Positions 49,870-61,667 of a DNA stretch of 64,000 bases are shown here, piece by piece. The translations under genes and the position numbers were made by a program. The notes beneath the pieces were generated by a model. It was not told where the DNA came from, searched no databases, and saw only the letters and a program-made list of their open reading frames with translations. Origin of the DNA: the human T2T-CHM13v2.0 reference genome, Homo sapiens; assembly GCF_009914755.1 (NCBI RefSeq), contig NC_060927.1; one strand, 5' to 3'. Each line of letters opens with the position of its first letter. The stretch's first letter is position 1.

Positions 49870-50619
49870 GACTTTTGTTTCTTTTTCCTCACAATTGGTG
49901 TGGGTAGAGGCTGAGGTTCAAGGATTTGGCCATTCGGTCCTTCATGAACATCCGCTGAGCACCTGCTGTTTACCTGGCCAATGCTGGGGCTCAGATAGGA
50001 GGTCCTGCCTCAGGGATACAGACTGTGTGCTATATGGGGCTGCAGCACAGATATCGGGATGCAAAGGGGCTGATGGAGGGAGATTAACCTGGCCCTGCGA
50101 TCAGGCTTCCAGGATGAGATGGCTTTTGATCCTAAAGGATGGGTAGCTGTTGTCAGGCAGATGAGGCAGAGGATGCCATCTGAGGGGTGGGATGAAAGGA
50201 GGGGATCTGTTTAGAAAGAACCCTCTGGCAGTGGAAAGGAAGGATTAGAGTAGCTGAGAAGACAGGGAGACCTTTCAGCCACTGGTTCCCGAGTGCTCCT
50301 GGGCCAGGCACTGCGACAGGCTGACAGGTGTCCTACTCTGCAGCCAGCGCCTGTGCTCTGAAGAAGAGGTGGGGCTGGGCCTCCAGCGGGGTGGGTAGGG
50401 CTGGCTGCTAGTTTAGACAGGGTTGGACGGGCTGTCTGAGCAAGGATCTCTGTCTGGAGGGGGTACCATTTCAGCAGAAGGAAGAGTGAATGCAAAGGCC
50501 CTGGGGTGGGAACATGCTCCTCACGCTGGGAGCTGCAGGAAGGTCTGTGTGGCTAGAGCCCAGTAAAGAGGAGCACAGGGATGGGAGACGAGGTCCAAGG
50601 TGCTTTAAAAACATCTGCG

Positions 50620-51095
50620 GCACTCCTCACACGGAGAGACAGGCTCTGTGTCCCTACCTCTTGACTCTGGGCTCCATGATTACTTGACCAGTAGAATTTG
50701 GTGACAATGACGCTGTGATAATTTCTGGGCCCCACCTTAAGGCAGCTTCTACTTCTTGTGTTTGAGGACACTTTTTGTTTTGTGATACTCACTCTTCAAA
50801 CTTGGCCACCACTCTATGGGAAAGCCCATGCAGCTTGTGGAGAGGAACTGAGGACTCCATTTTTCAGCTCCTGCTGAACTCTCTGACCAGCTGGTACCAC
50901 GTGCCACCATCTGAATGCGTGTTGGAACTGCATCTTCCAGCCCTAATTGAGCTGGCCCAGCAGAAACCTGGTGGAACAGGGACAAGCCTTTCCTGCCAAG
51001 CCCTGCCCTGATTGCAGATTCGTGGGCAAAATAAGTGACTGCTGTTATTTTAAGCCACTAGGTACTGGGGTGGTGTGTCCCATAGCAATATATCT
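50620..51095 (+). mobile_element. MaLR (MLT1-like) LTR
   Basis: ends tgttattttaagccactag...tagcaata. Confidence 0.7.
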
Positions 51096-53659
51096 TTCTA
51101 AACAGATCCCCTTCCTTTCACTGGAACAAGGGCTGCAGGGTAGATGGCGGCTGGATCACGCAGGGCCTTGTAAGCCAAGGGCAAGCACGGTGGGCTTTGT
51201 CATAAGGAACCATTAGAGGACGGCAAGCAACAGAGTCTCTGCAGGGATGTGGGCGGGCAGACAGGCCTGTGAGGAGGCTCCTGCCACAACCCAGATGAAG
51301 GGGGTGGTGACCAGCCAGGACATGCTCACAGAGGGAGGGTTAGAAGTGGTAGCTTCTGGATCGCTGTTGAAGATGGTGTGAACGGGCTCTGCTGATGGAT
51401 TGGATGTAGGAAGGGTCACTGATGAGTCAGTCCACAATTTGGGGTCTAGATAGCTAAGTGACTGCTGGGTGACCATTTCCTGAGGTGAGGACTTGGCACG
51501 TGCCAGGAGGCTGCCGAGATATGGTCCTGATGAGAGGTGGCAGCCTAGCCACGGAGGACAGAGAGAAGGAAGGGGTGGACTAAAGGGAGTCAGAGGCAAA
51601 CTGCACAGGACTTGAGAAGGGGGCAGACGGGGCACAAAGGGAAGCAGGCTGCTCAGCATGGGGCATCAGCTGCTCCCTTCCTGCCCCTGCTCCACCACCC
51701 CACCCTCTCCTCCTGGAATCCCGGCTTTGCCTAGATGTGCTGACAGCCCCCCTGGGGTGTCTGTAATGTGGCTGCCAGCAGGACCCAGAAGGGCACCCAG
51801 AGCAGATGGTGGGATGGGGCCGGGCTGGTGCTTCCTGAGGAGGGGTCTGCTCCTGCCACTGCTCATTCACGGCTTGGCCCAGTGCTGTGGCACCCCCAGG
51901 CAGCCTGCAGTGCGGGGGGCATCAGTGGGCATCTCACGTCCATGAGCTGGGGACAGGGGTGGGGGGTGTCTAGCATCCATGAAACCTTGGGCAAGTTACC
52001 TCCCTTAGCTGCAATGGTTTCTTTCCTTTTCAAAGGAGTTTAGTTTAAGGATGCTACATCAGGGGTCCCTAGCCTCCTATGACCCTCAAAGGGTAGGAAC
52101 CTCCCTCCTGCCCACAGCTGCCAGGTCCTCAGAGCCCCAGATAAGGATTATAATTGGTTCATGGAAGGTGGCCACCTTCTGCGCTGAGAAACGACTCTGG
52201 AAACTAGAGATTTCCTCCATTTGCAAATACATTTCTAAACGTCAAGGAGGAACTGAATGTTAATCAGACATTAAGACAGGCTGTGGAATATTTAATGACA
52301 TAGAAAGATGTTACTGACATATTGTCGCATGGGGGAAAATCAGGTTGCAAAATGGTGTGCACACCCTGATCCTGAGTTCACTCCTCGGCCCCGCCCCATC
52401 CAAGCGCCCCGTGCGGCTGGCGTTCTCAGAGACGCTCGCCACAAACGGTTAGGGCAGCTTTTATTTTCTTCACGCTTTTTGTGCTTCCTACATTTCTCTG
52501 GGAACCGTGTATTCATTCCAGAATCACACCCACCCCCCTCACCCTCAAAATGCTATCAAATGTGCTGATAACTTAAATTAGAAAATCTGCTGCTTAATAA
52601 GAAGGAATCAATGCTCAGAATAGAAAATGTGAAAGATAAAGACTATCTCTCCACACAGAAGCCACTGTAGGAAAAAGCTATTTTTAAAGCAAAAGGTTGT
52701 TTACTGTTCTCACTTTTCTGTTCTCATTAATTTTAGAACTGGTATTTGTGGGATTTTGTTTAAATTTTATGAATCTTTTGTCCTAGTTCTTACTCTTGAT
52801 AAATACATGTGTAACTATTTTTCCTTCAAAAAAGCAAGAAATTAAGTGGAGTTGCTGTACCTTTGGAGCTGGCTCTCGAGATCTTTCCCTGGGGTTGGGG
52901 AGGAGCCAGCAGGGCTGGAAAGGGGTGTCTGCATCAGGTTCATTGTTCTTGTGGGCAGGGGTGAGGAACAGCCTGTACTTGTGGGGAACAGCGTTTAGGG
53001 TTAAACTGGGCTTGGGGGTTAAACTGCCTGCTTCCTTGTCTGAGAAATGAGCTTAATGCTACGTATTTTTTAAGCTTGATGAGAAATTCGGGGTAAGTTA
53101 AGTGTCAGTTCCCTTTCCAGGGTGGTCACCTTTGGCCTCCCCGCCCATTTTGGGGACCACTGTGGAGACTCTGGCCCGGAAGGACCATGGGACCTGGTCC
53201 TTATTCTGTCCCTTCCTGGTTGTGTGACCTTGAGAATTGCTTCAGCTGTGCTGAGCCTCAAGTTGCTGCGTCTGTCATACAGGGATGCTAGCACATTCCT
53301 GACGGGCTTGTTAGAGATGAGGTTAGGAGCAGGGCCCACCCAGTTGCAGGCAGCACACAGCAGCTGTGAAATCTTCCTGGAGGTCCCGGGGTGTCCTCAG
53401 AGCTTAAGGAATGGCAGCTCTGGGCCGGGCCCACAGCATGCATGCAGCCTGCACCGTCTCGTTTCATCTCCTGGCCTCTGACTGCCTTCTCAGAAGCTAG
53501 TCAGGTGTCTGCCCAAACCTCAAGAGTGCAGCTGAGACAGGAGGGACGGCAGGCTCCCTCCCTCCTCTCTCTCACAAACTGGTAAAGAAACTGCCCATTC
53601 TCCCGCTTGGCTATCTCAGGACAAAGGCTGGAGCCCACAGTAGGTTTGTCCGTAAGGCT

Positions 53660-53665
53660 TTTATT
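53660..53665 (-). terminator. PLXND1: PLXND1 poly(A) signal AATAAA
   Basis: TTTATT on + strand ~1.08 kb past the stop. Confidence 0.75.
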
Positions 53666-54738
53666 ATAAAGAAGATTCCAGAGTCCCAGCTGCCCCCCTC
53701 CAGCCCCCATGGGCTCTGAGCCAGTCCCAACACTGGCTGAGTTGGCTGCGAGGGGCCCGCATGGCCCATCGGCCACAGAGGGTCGTTTCTGGCAGGAACG
53801 GAGTGGGTGGTAGTCTCAGGCGCCAGGGGCGCTCTGCCAGGTCTGCCCGCTCTCTGGAACAGTCATTTCCAGTGTTGCATGGGGAGCCTCTCGGGACCCC
53901 TCCCCGGGTCCTCTGCGCAAGCGGCAGCTATTCACAGTTGGTGCATAATACGTTTTTTAATATATAAAAGCTTTAAAAAAAAAAGTGGTGCTATCTTTAG
54001 AAACACTTTCAGCAAGATCAAGTAGCCCAGCTACAGCCTTGGTGCATCTTAACCCCTCTCCTTTTCCTGGAGACGGGGCTCCCAGCTCCTGTGCCCCCCA
54101 TCCCTCCCCTCCACCCTCCCTGCTCCTGGAGAAGCCCACAGAGCACCCCATGGCGCGGGCACTGCCCACTCTACCAACAGCCGCCCAAGCAACAAAAATC
54201 TGACACTACTTGAAACTGTCTGTGGCCAGGATCCTCTATGGGTGAGGGGGAAGTGGAGATAACATTTTGGTAGTTGAAGCAGAAACCAATCAAAGGTCAG
54301 TTCAAGGAGGGCTCCCTGCACCAGTGTGGATGAGGTAGAGTTTCTGGGCTGCAGCCTCCGGGCTGGCGGCCTCCTCTCCCCCAGTTTGTGCTTGGCCACC
54401 TGGATGCACGGGGCTCTTGGCAGCAGGACCAACTGGACGTTGTGGAGCAAGTGGGTGGGCACAGTGCAGGCCGTGCTGGGCAGATGGGGGAGCCTGACCA
54501 GCTCTCTGGCCTCCATCCCGGAGACTGATCTGGGGACAGGTGGGAGGGGATGGAGGTGCCCAGGGGTCAAGGCGGGGGCGCCCCTGTCTCAGAGAGCAGC
54601 CCCTCCTCCTGCCCCCGCCCCAGCCGTCTCTGCTCAGTATTTCCCAGTCTGAGTCACAGGCACGGGGTAGAAGATCAAGTTGAGGCCCAGTGGGCGTCCA
54701 TTTCTCCCAGCAGCAGCCTGACCAACTCTCCATGTGTC

Positions 54739-54855
54739 TCAGGCCTCACTGTAGCACTCGTAGATGTTGTCCTCCATCAAAGCCACCACTTGCTCAAACT
54801 TGTGCTGCAGTTGTGTCCTCCGGGCCGTGGGGTTGGCCTCCAGCGCGGCCATGAT
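54739..54855 (-). CDS. PLXND1: PLXND1 last exon (IMAALEANPTARR...ECYSEA*)
   Basis: cag|ATC, TGA at 54741-54739. Confidence 0.96.
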   Translation of the reverse strand: MMAALEANPTARRTQLQHKFEQVVALMEDNIYECYSEA

Positions 54856-55043
54856 CTGAGGGGAGCAGCGGAGTCAGCCGGGCCATGGCCGGTAGCCCTG
54901 CCTCAGTTCGTGGGAGAGAACACACCCCTGAACGTCTACCACGAGTGACATCCGTCCATTAGGGGCAAGCACCCTGAGATGTGTGTACTTGAGTAGGAAG
55001 CTCACCTACCCCGAGGGCAGGTGCCTCACCCTGGGGCACTCAC

Positions 55044-55118
55044 CTGCGGCCGATACCTCTTGGCGTACTTATAAATCTCTGCCATGGCCACATTGGTGTT
55101 GAACTCATTCTGGTATTT
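55044..55118 (-). CDS. PLXND1: PLXND1 exon (KYQNEFNTNVAMAEIYKYAKRYRPQ)
   Basis: tag| ... |gtgagt, 75 nt. Confidence 0.95.
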
Positions 55119-55509
55119 CTATAAGGAGGCAGGATGGGGAGGAGGTTAGCCCAGCGGTCAAAGCTGAGCCTAGTCCCAGCAAAGCCAGCTGCTTGCACAC
55201 AACCCCCAACTCCCCACGGCCCCCACAGAACAGTTCAGCGATGAGGCCCCTCAAGTCCCATGGACGAAGACGGCTTCCCGGACCCTGAAGTCCAATCTCC
55301 TCTCCATCCAGAGGGTGCTCTCCTGCCCCCGCTCCTCAAACTCTGGGAAAATGCATGACGAATTTGCAGGCCAGCAAGAGGCCACAGCCACTTCTGAAAT
55401 GCCCTCTGCGCTCCCTGCCCTTACTCCAGTGGAGGCATTGAGGCCCAGCCCCCGACCCCCGATCCCTCAGCTCTTCAGGCCCCCATCCCCCGCCGCCGAG
55501 CCACCGCAC

Positions 55510-55650
55510 CCTCGACTCCTCGGCCAGATGGGCATTCATCTCTTGCTCGCTGAGCGGCGTCATGTCCTGGATCTGCTTGTAGTAGCGCTGCACGATCTTC
55601 CGGTACTCAGGAATCTCCTTGGCGTAGAGGAGCTTGTTGGTTGGCGAATC
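55510..55650 (-). CDS. PLXND1: PLXND1 exon ([14 protein letters not shown]...LAEESR)
   Basis: cag| ... |gtgcgg, 141 nt. Confidence 0.95.
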
Positions 55651-56855
55651 CTGGGCAGAGAAGAGCGAGGGTGTTAGATGGCTGCTGGAGAAAGGACGGA
55701 TCTGGTCGTTTTCTGGATGAGCCCTCATCCCTCCTGCCACATAAGTGACCTTAGCAGGCCCCCGAGGCCCAAAGAGTCTCACCCGGTCACTGAACGTCCC
55801 CGCACTCAGCCGGCCCCAGACCAGGGGCTCCTCACTGTGCTCTGTCTGCCCCGCCTACTTTCCCCAGGACTGTTAGGACAATGATGTGGGTGGGGAGGGG
55901 CCCTACTTCTTTCAGGGGGAAAAGTGCACGGGCATGCCAGCTCTTCACTGCACGCAGCCCATTCCACGTAACAAGGATGTGTCCTTCTCAGGGTGACAGG
56001 TCTTGGTGGCTAGGATTCCTGGAAGCCTGAGTGCTGGCTCAGTGGAATATTTCCCACCACATGCTCCTAACGCCTGAAAGAAGTGCCAAGAACACTCCCA
56101 GTTCTTTGTCAGTCACGGGCACCCTGCCTTCGGAGGCAGTACGTGAGTAGTAGTGGAGCGATGGCATTTTCTCCTTCCCGTGGTCCGTCTCTGAAATGCG
56201 TGGGCTAAATGCAGGGTCACACACGACCTGGACCAATCCTGCAGTGCCAGCTTTAATGATACAATCTCATCCCTGCTCACAGCAACCGGCTGCTTTCCTG
56301 CCTCCCTGTCTTTGCCTGCGCCGTTCTCTCTGCCTGGAAGGCCATCCTCTTTCATCTTCAACCTCTAAAGCCAGACACAGCCTTGTGTGCCCCCAACACA
56401 CCGCATGAATCTCAGAGCTCCTAGCCACCCATCACCCCTCTGCCCACCCCTTCACTGAATGCTCGCTTGAATGGCTTTTGACTTTCAGGGGCTACTGCCC
56501 AGAGCCTGGCCCGGTTTTCAGATGATGTTGTGCCTGACCAAGCAGGTTGTCCAAGCTCATACTGGCTTTCCCACACCGGGTTCTCAGGCCTGTGTTCAAA
56601 GCCAGTGCCAGGCACAGCTGCAGCATGTGCAGTTGGTCTGCAGCGATACAGAGTTTCTGATGGAAGGTACTGGCTTCTAGGTGTCTCCCTGTCTGAATGA
56701 GTCACTCATCCCACATCCCCTAGACCTGAGCTCTTTTGGTTCCCCTCCCAGGAAGATCTCTGAGCTCAGCCTCAGAGAGTCGAGGAGGCTACCCATGGTC
56801 GGCACCCCACTCTGGCCCTGTGCATGGGCCTGGCCTGGTCCTGGGAACAGCTGAC

Positions 56856-57003
56856 CTTGCCCAGCTGCAGGTCAGAGATGGAGCAGGCGTCGATGAAGGC
56901 CTGCGCGATGACTGAAAGGCAGGCGTCGATGTGGTCTGTCTTGTCGATGTCAAAGACAAACTGGGGGTTCTTCAGGATGTTCACCCAGAACCGGAGAGGA
57001 AGG
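56856..57003 (-). CDS. PLXND1: PLXND1 exon ([18 protein letters not shown]...QLGK)
   Basis: cag| ... |gtcagc. Confidence 0.96.
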
Positions 57004-58046
57004 CTGTGGGGTAGGGTGACAAAGACAGTGAGGGTAGGGTGGGGTAGGAAGCAGTCGAGGGACAGCTGTGGAGGAGAGAGCTGGCTTTGTCCCTCAAGGG
57101 CCTGAGGTTGGAGCCTTGTCACAAGATGTGACCTTTGGGAACCTTAGTTTGCCTATCCCTGGCCAGCTGGGGTGCAGTGGGGCTGAGAGCCCGGTTTCCT
57201 GCTGGAGCAAGGCAGGAGCTACAGGGCTTAGCTGTACCCCCCAACCCCCTCCTGAGCCTCCAGTCAGGTCCTGGTTCTCATTAGAACCAGGTGCCGGCCC
57301 CCGGGCACCCCTGGCTCCTCCCTGAACCCTTGCAGGCAGCAGGAAGTCCGACATTAGCAGAGCAGCTGTGGCAGGGCTGTGGGGGGCAGGGCCTGGAGCT
57401 CTGGCCTTGTCCTCAAGAGGCCAGAGAGGGTGAGCAACACCCCCACCCCCACCTCAGGCCACCCAGTGACTCAGCAGCCTGGGCATGTGTACCCCCAGAG
57501 CTCTAGGAAGCTGCTGCCCTGCACAGAGGCGCCTGGGCTGGTGGTATTCTTCCTGAGGGTCAGGCTGGGTTTCCAGTAACTTCTTGTGGGGGTGCATGAC
57601 CCCGACAAGCTAAGAGGTGCCTCAAAGGAGGGCTACCAACTGGGTAAGAGATTCAGATAATGTAGGGCCGAGCCTGGCTCTACTGTCCCAGGCTGTGTGG
57701 TCTTGAGCAGGTGCTGCTTCTCCGAGCCTCAGTGTGCTTATCTGTGAAGTGGAGCTGATGGTGCCCGCCTGAGAGGGGTGCGGGAGAATGATAGTAAGGG
57801 CAACACCTAGACCATGCTTCTGGGCACTCTTCTAGTTAATTCCCACCATTAACATGGGTCGCATTTTACAGTGGAGGGGAAACTGAAGCACAGAGAGGCT
57901 AAGTCACTCATCCGAGAACACACAGCTGGGAAATGGCAGAGGAGGGCTTGACCCCAAGCAGGCGAGGCCAGAAGACTAGACTCTGAACCCCCTGCCACAG
58001 GGGCCCCAGTGGCACAGTGAAGTCCACACGGCCCCCCACCCGCCAC

Positions 58047-58210
58047 CTGTTGGTCTTCCAGATGTGTAGGGTGTCGGGGTCGGAGATTCCCCTCTTCTCA
58101 GCCTGCTCCTCCAGGAAGTCGAAAAAGTACTTGACAGCCAGTGGGGGCTTGTCTTCACGGATACTCAGAATGGCCTTGAACAGGTCATCCAGAAACTTCT
58201 GCAACGTGCC
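58047..58210 (-). CDS. PLXND1: PLXND1 exon ([11 protein letters not shown]...HIWKTNS)
   Basis: cag| ... |gtggcg. Confidence 0.95.
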
Positions 58211-58756
58211 CTGCGGGGGAGTGGGGTGGCCGCCGTCAGCCCCGGGCCACGTGCAGAGGGCTAGTGGGCACCCTTGGTGGCTCTGCGGAGCTTGAAATGC
58301 CAGGCTGCTGAATGAGGAAGCCACATGGCATCAGGCTGGTCACCGAGCCTCTCTGGCTCACTTGCCTCCCAGAGGCGTTGAAAGGACTAATCGAGGCACT
58401 GGCACATGGAGTCGAGAACTGGAAGTGCCAGAGTATGGGCTGTGGGGTGCCGGCGCTGCCACTGAGCCACGTGGCCTTGGGGACATCACTGATCCCTCTG
58501 GGCCTCTGCTGTACCCTGTTACGTGGGCTAACATAGAAGTCTCTGTCAGGCATTTTTCCTGGCTGTGAGAAATGCCTCCTCAAGTGGGACCCTAAGCCTT
58601 CAGCCTCTTGCCCCGCCAGCCCCACAGGGGAAACAGGAAGAACTCACACCCCTCTCCCAGCCGCGGGTGCACAGCTGGCCCTGAGCAATGACCCTCTGGA
58701 GCTGGGGCTGGAGCCTTGTACCCACTGCACAGAGGGGAGACTGAGGCCGGACTCAC

Positions 58757-58861
58757 CTTGGTGGAGAGCAGGCGGGTCAGGTAGATTTCCGGGAGCACCT
58801 TCTTGCGATGGCTCTGCCGGTGAGACTTCTTGGGCTCCGCCAGCTCGTCCGTAGGCAGCAC
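58757..58861 (-). CDS. PLXND1: PLXND1 exon (VLPTDELAEPKK...LTRLLSTK)
   Basis: cag| ... |gtgagt, 105 nt. Confidence 0.95.
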
Positions 58862-59115
58862 CTGGGAGGCCGGGCAGTGGTCAGTGTCCGCACCAGGCCC
58901 CATCCTCGGCCGCCTGTGGGAGGTCTGGCTCTGCCATGCTTCTTAGCACACAAGGGCTGTGGTTCCCTCCTGATTCTGGGCCCCATCCCTACTCCCCCAC
59001 CCCCCAGCCTTTCGCAGGGCTGGGAGCACTTTTCCCAAGAGGCCCAGGGCCACAGAAAGCCAAGGCCACACCCACTGAGGGGCTGGATCCCCCGGGGCCG
59101 AGGTTGGGCACTCAC

Positions 59116-59150
59116 CAAATGGAAATACTTCTCTGTGTCCAAGTCTTTCA
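59116..59150 (-). CDS. PLXND1: PLXND1 35-nt micro-exon (VKDLDTEKYFHL)
   Basis: cag|TG ... TTG|gtgagt; required for frame. Confidence 0.92.
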
Positions 59151-59179
59151 CTGCGAGAGGAAAAACACAATAAATAAAC

Positions 59180-59460
59180 ATGGGAGAGGAGAGGAGAGAA
59201 ACAGAAATGAAGACAGAAAGATGGAGTGAGAAACAGAAACAAGACAGAAAGATGGGGAGAGAAACAGAAGCAGAGACAGAAAGATGGAGAGAGAAACAGA
59301 AACGGAGACAGAGATCCAAAGAGACAGTCAGAGAGAATGAGACAGAGATGCAGAGACGCATGGGGAGACTGAGTCTGGGAGAGACGGAGAGAGAGATAAG
59401 TGAGATCCAGAGACACACAGCGAGCGAGACAGAGTGAGGCAGAGAGAGAAAGACACACAC
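59180..59460. repeat. GA-rich low-complexity tract (UC-rich in the PLXND1 pre-mRNA)
   Basis: gagaaacaga/gagacaga iterations. Confidence 0.9.
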
Positions 59461-60072
59461 ACAGTGACCCGGGATGGAGGGACTTGGAAGGAGGGACAGC
59501 GGTGGAGAGAAACAGGAAGATGCAGCCACGGGGGAGGAGGGGCCCCAGGCAGGCGGGGGTGGGTGCCTTTGCCCACCCCACCCCTGAGCCCAGAGCTCCT
59601 GCCAGCCCAGATTCCCAGGCTGCTGGGAGAGACTGAGACTCTGCTCTCAACCTTAGAAGGGGACCCCGAGACCCAGAGGATCCCGGGCTCGCAGGCCTGG
59701 CAGCCAGGAGGCTGTGCCTGGGGCGTCTGAGGGTGTGGAGGGGGCACTTGAGGCAGGGACATGGCCCAAGGCTGAGACGGGCATGCTGGCCCCCCTTCTG
59801 GCCTGGCTGCTGCCCAGACCTCCTGGAACTGCATCCCGCCCTCCTGGGGCCTCTCTCCAGCTGCCGCAGGAAATCAGCTTGAGGAGGCCTGGTGTGGGCC
59901 CTGCCCCAGCAGTACTGGGTCAGAGGAGGCTGGCCCCGCCCAGCCCCCACCAAGGAGGCCTCAGCCCAGGCCAGCCCTGCCTCTCGGAGCCTCAGCTTCC
60001 CCACTGGGGCATGGGATGGAAGCCCCTGTCCACACGCAGCCTGGGCTCCCTTCCCACGTGCACCCGCACTAC

Positions 60073-60136
60073 CTCGGCCCAGTGTGTTGTCCTTCTTGTC
60101 TATGAGACTCATGGCCAGGGAGGCACCTTCAGGGAT
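60073..60136 (-). CDS. PLXND1: PLXND1 exon (IPEGASLAMSLIDKKDNTLGR)
   Basis: cag| ... G|gtagtg. Confidence 0.93.
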
Positions 60137-60226
60137 CTGATGGGAGGGGAGAGGCCAAGGTCAGAGGCCGGAGGTTGGGGTGGGGGCATGAGGGTGGGGA
60201 AATGGGGGCGGGGGGCAGGGCTGCAC

Positions 60227-60330
60227 CTTGTAATGGGCCAGCGTGTTAAGCTTCTTGCGGCCGTCTTCCACCACTGAGGTGTCGTCCAGGTCCCGAAGGA
60301 TGTAGCTCTGTGTGCTGGAGGCGAACCACT
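60227..60330 (-). CDS. PLXND1: PLXND1 exon (EWFASSTQSYILRD...NTLAHYK)
   Basis: cag| ... |gtgcag. Confidence 0.94.
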
Positions 60331-60657
60331 CTGGGGGACAAGGGACAGGCCATCAGGGTCCGGGCAGGGAGCTGGGCCTGAGGGGTAGGTACCGGCCCAG
60401 CCACATAGGGAGAGGCCTCTCGCTCTCTCCATGTAAACTGAGGCAAGCCATACCTCTCTCTGAGCCTCCATTTTCCCATCTGTAAAATGGGGAGGGCAGG
60501 AAAGAGCTGGGGGAGAGTGTGAGGGTATAAAGAGAAGGTGCCAGGGTGGAGGGCACAGAGGAGGAGCTCTGGAAATGGCCTTGTCTGCAAGGCTGTTCAT
60601 GTTACAATTGCTGATGAAACCCTTGGCCTAACCAAGACTCCTATAAAACCCACTCCA

Positions 60658-60953
60658 GGCCCCGCGCGGTGGCTCACACCTGTAATCCCAGCACTTTGGG
60701 AGGATGAGGCAGGAGGATCGCTTGAGCCCAGGAGTTCAAGACCAGCCTGGGCAGCACAGCATGACACTATCTTTACAAAAAGTAAAATTAGCTGGATGTG
60801 GTGGTGCACTCCTGTAGTCCCAGCTACTCAGGAGGCTGAAATGAGGGGATCACTTGAGCCCAGGAGGTCGAGGCTGCAGTGAGCTGAGATTGCGCCACTG
60901 CACTCCAGCCTGGGTGACAGAATGAGATCCCGTCTCAAAAACAAACAAACAAA
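60658..60953 (+). mobile_element. Alu (J-like)
   Basis: full dimeric Alu. Confidence 0.9.
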
Positions 60954-61213
60954 CCAACCCTACTCCAGCATCCCTCCTTTAGGAATTAGGAAGCCTTTCC
61001 TGAAGGCTTTTTGCTGTTGTCTGTAGTTCACTCACACTGCAGGACTTGTCTCCTACAGAGTAAGAGCTTCTTGCTGAGGGGGCCTCATTGGATCCTCTCA
61101 GTGTCCCCACATTCATGCACCCATGCCAGGTGAAAGGAGTGTTTCCCGTCAAGGCAGGGGCCAGCCCCGGCTGAAGCGCCTGACACGGGGTCTCTGCCCC
61201 CATTCCCACCCAC

Positions 61214-61370
61214 CAAGGTCGACGTCCTCTGCACGCGGCCACTGGGAGTAGGGCACATTCTTGCAGAAGGCCTCCAGGATCTTCTCCTTGACCTGTGTCA
61301 GCGTGTCGGTGTCCATGGCCCGCACGCTCAGCGAGTCCATGCCACAGCCCTGGAAGGACACGTTCAGGTT
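61214..61370 (-). CDS. PLXND1: PLXND1 exon (NLNVSFQGCGMDS...EDVDL), RBD
   Basis: cag| ... G|gtgggt. Confidence 0.95.
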
Positions 61371-61520
61371 CTGCAGGGGGAGAGTGGGAGAGAAAGGTCA
61401 GTGAGTTGCTGCCATCACTATGTCAGTGCCCAGGCAGCAAGGCCCTGCACAGGAAGGCTGGGTCAATGCCGTTGGCGGCGACACAGCAGCCCTGGGACCC
61501 TCCCCGCCCTGCCGACTTAC

Positions 61521-61667
61521 CCGGGGCTTGGCCTCGATGTTCTCCCGCAGCAGCCACTCCTCATTGAGTGTGTAGCGGGCCTTGCCTGTGATGGCGTCGA
61601 TGGAGCCCTTGTTGATTTGCTGCTTGATGGCACACAGCAGCAGGAAGAATGGCTCCCCCACCGTCTC
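61521..61667 (-). CDS. PLXND1: PLXND1 exon ([17 protein letters not shown]...EAKPR)
   Basis: cag| ... |gtaagt, 147 nt. Confidence 0.96.

Noticed and set aside
56123-56138. Small hairpin CTGCCT-TCGG-AGGCAG in a PLXND1 intron
   Set aside because: A 6-bp stem is expected by chance; no supporting ncRNA features.
58777-60112. 250-aa and 389-aa minus-strand ORFs
   Set aside because: Intronic read-through across GC-rich and CT-rich low-complexity sequence around real PLXND1 exons.
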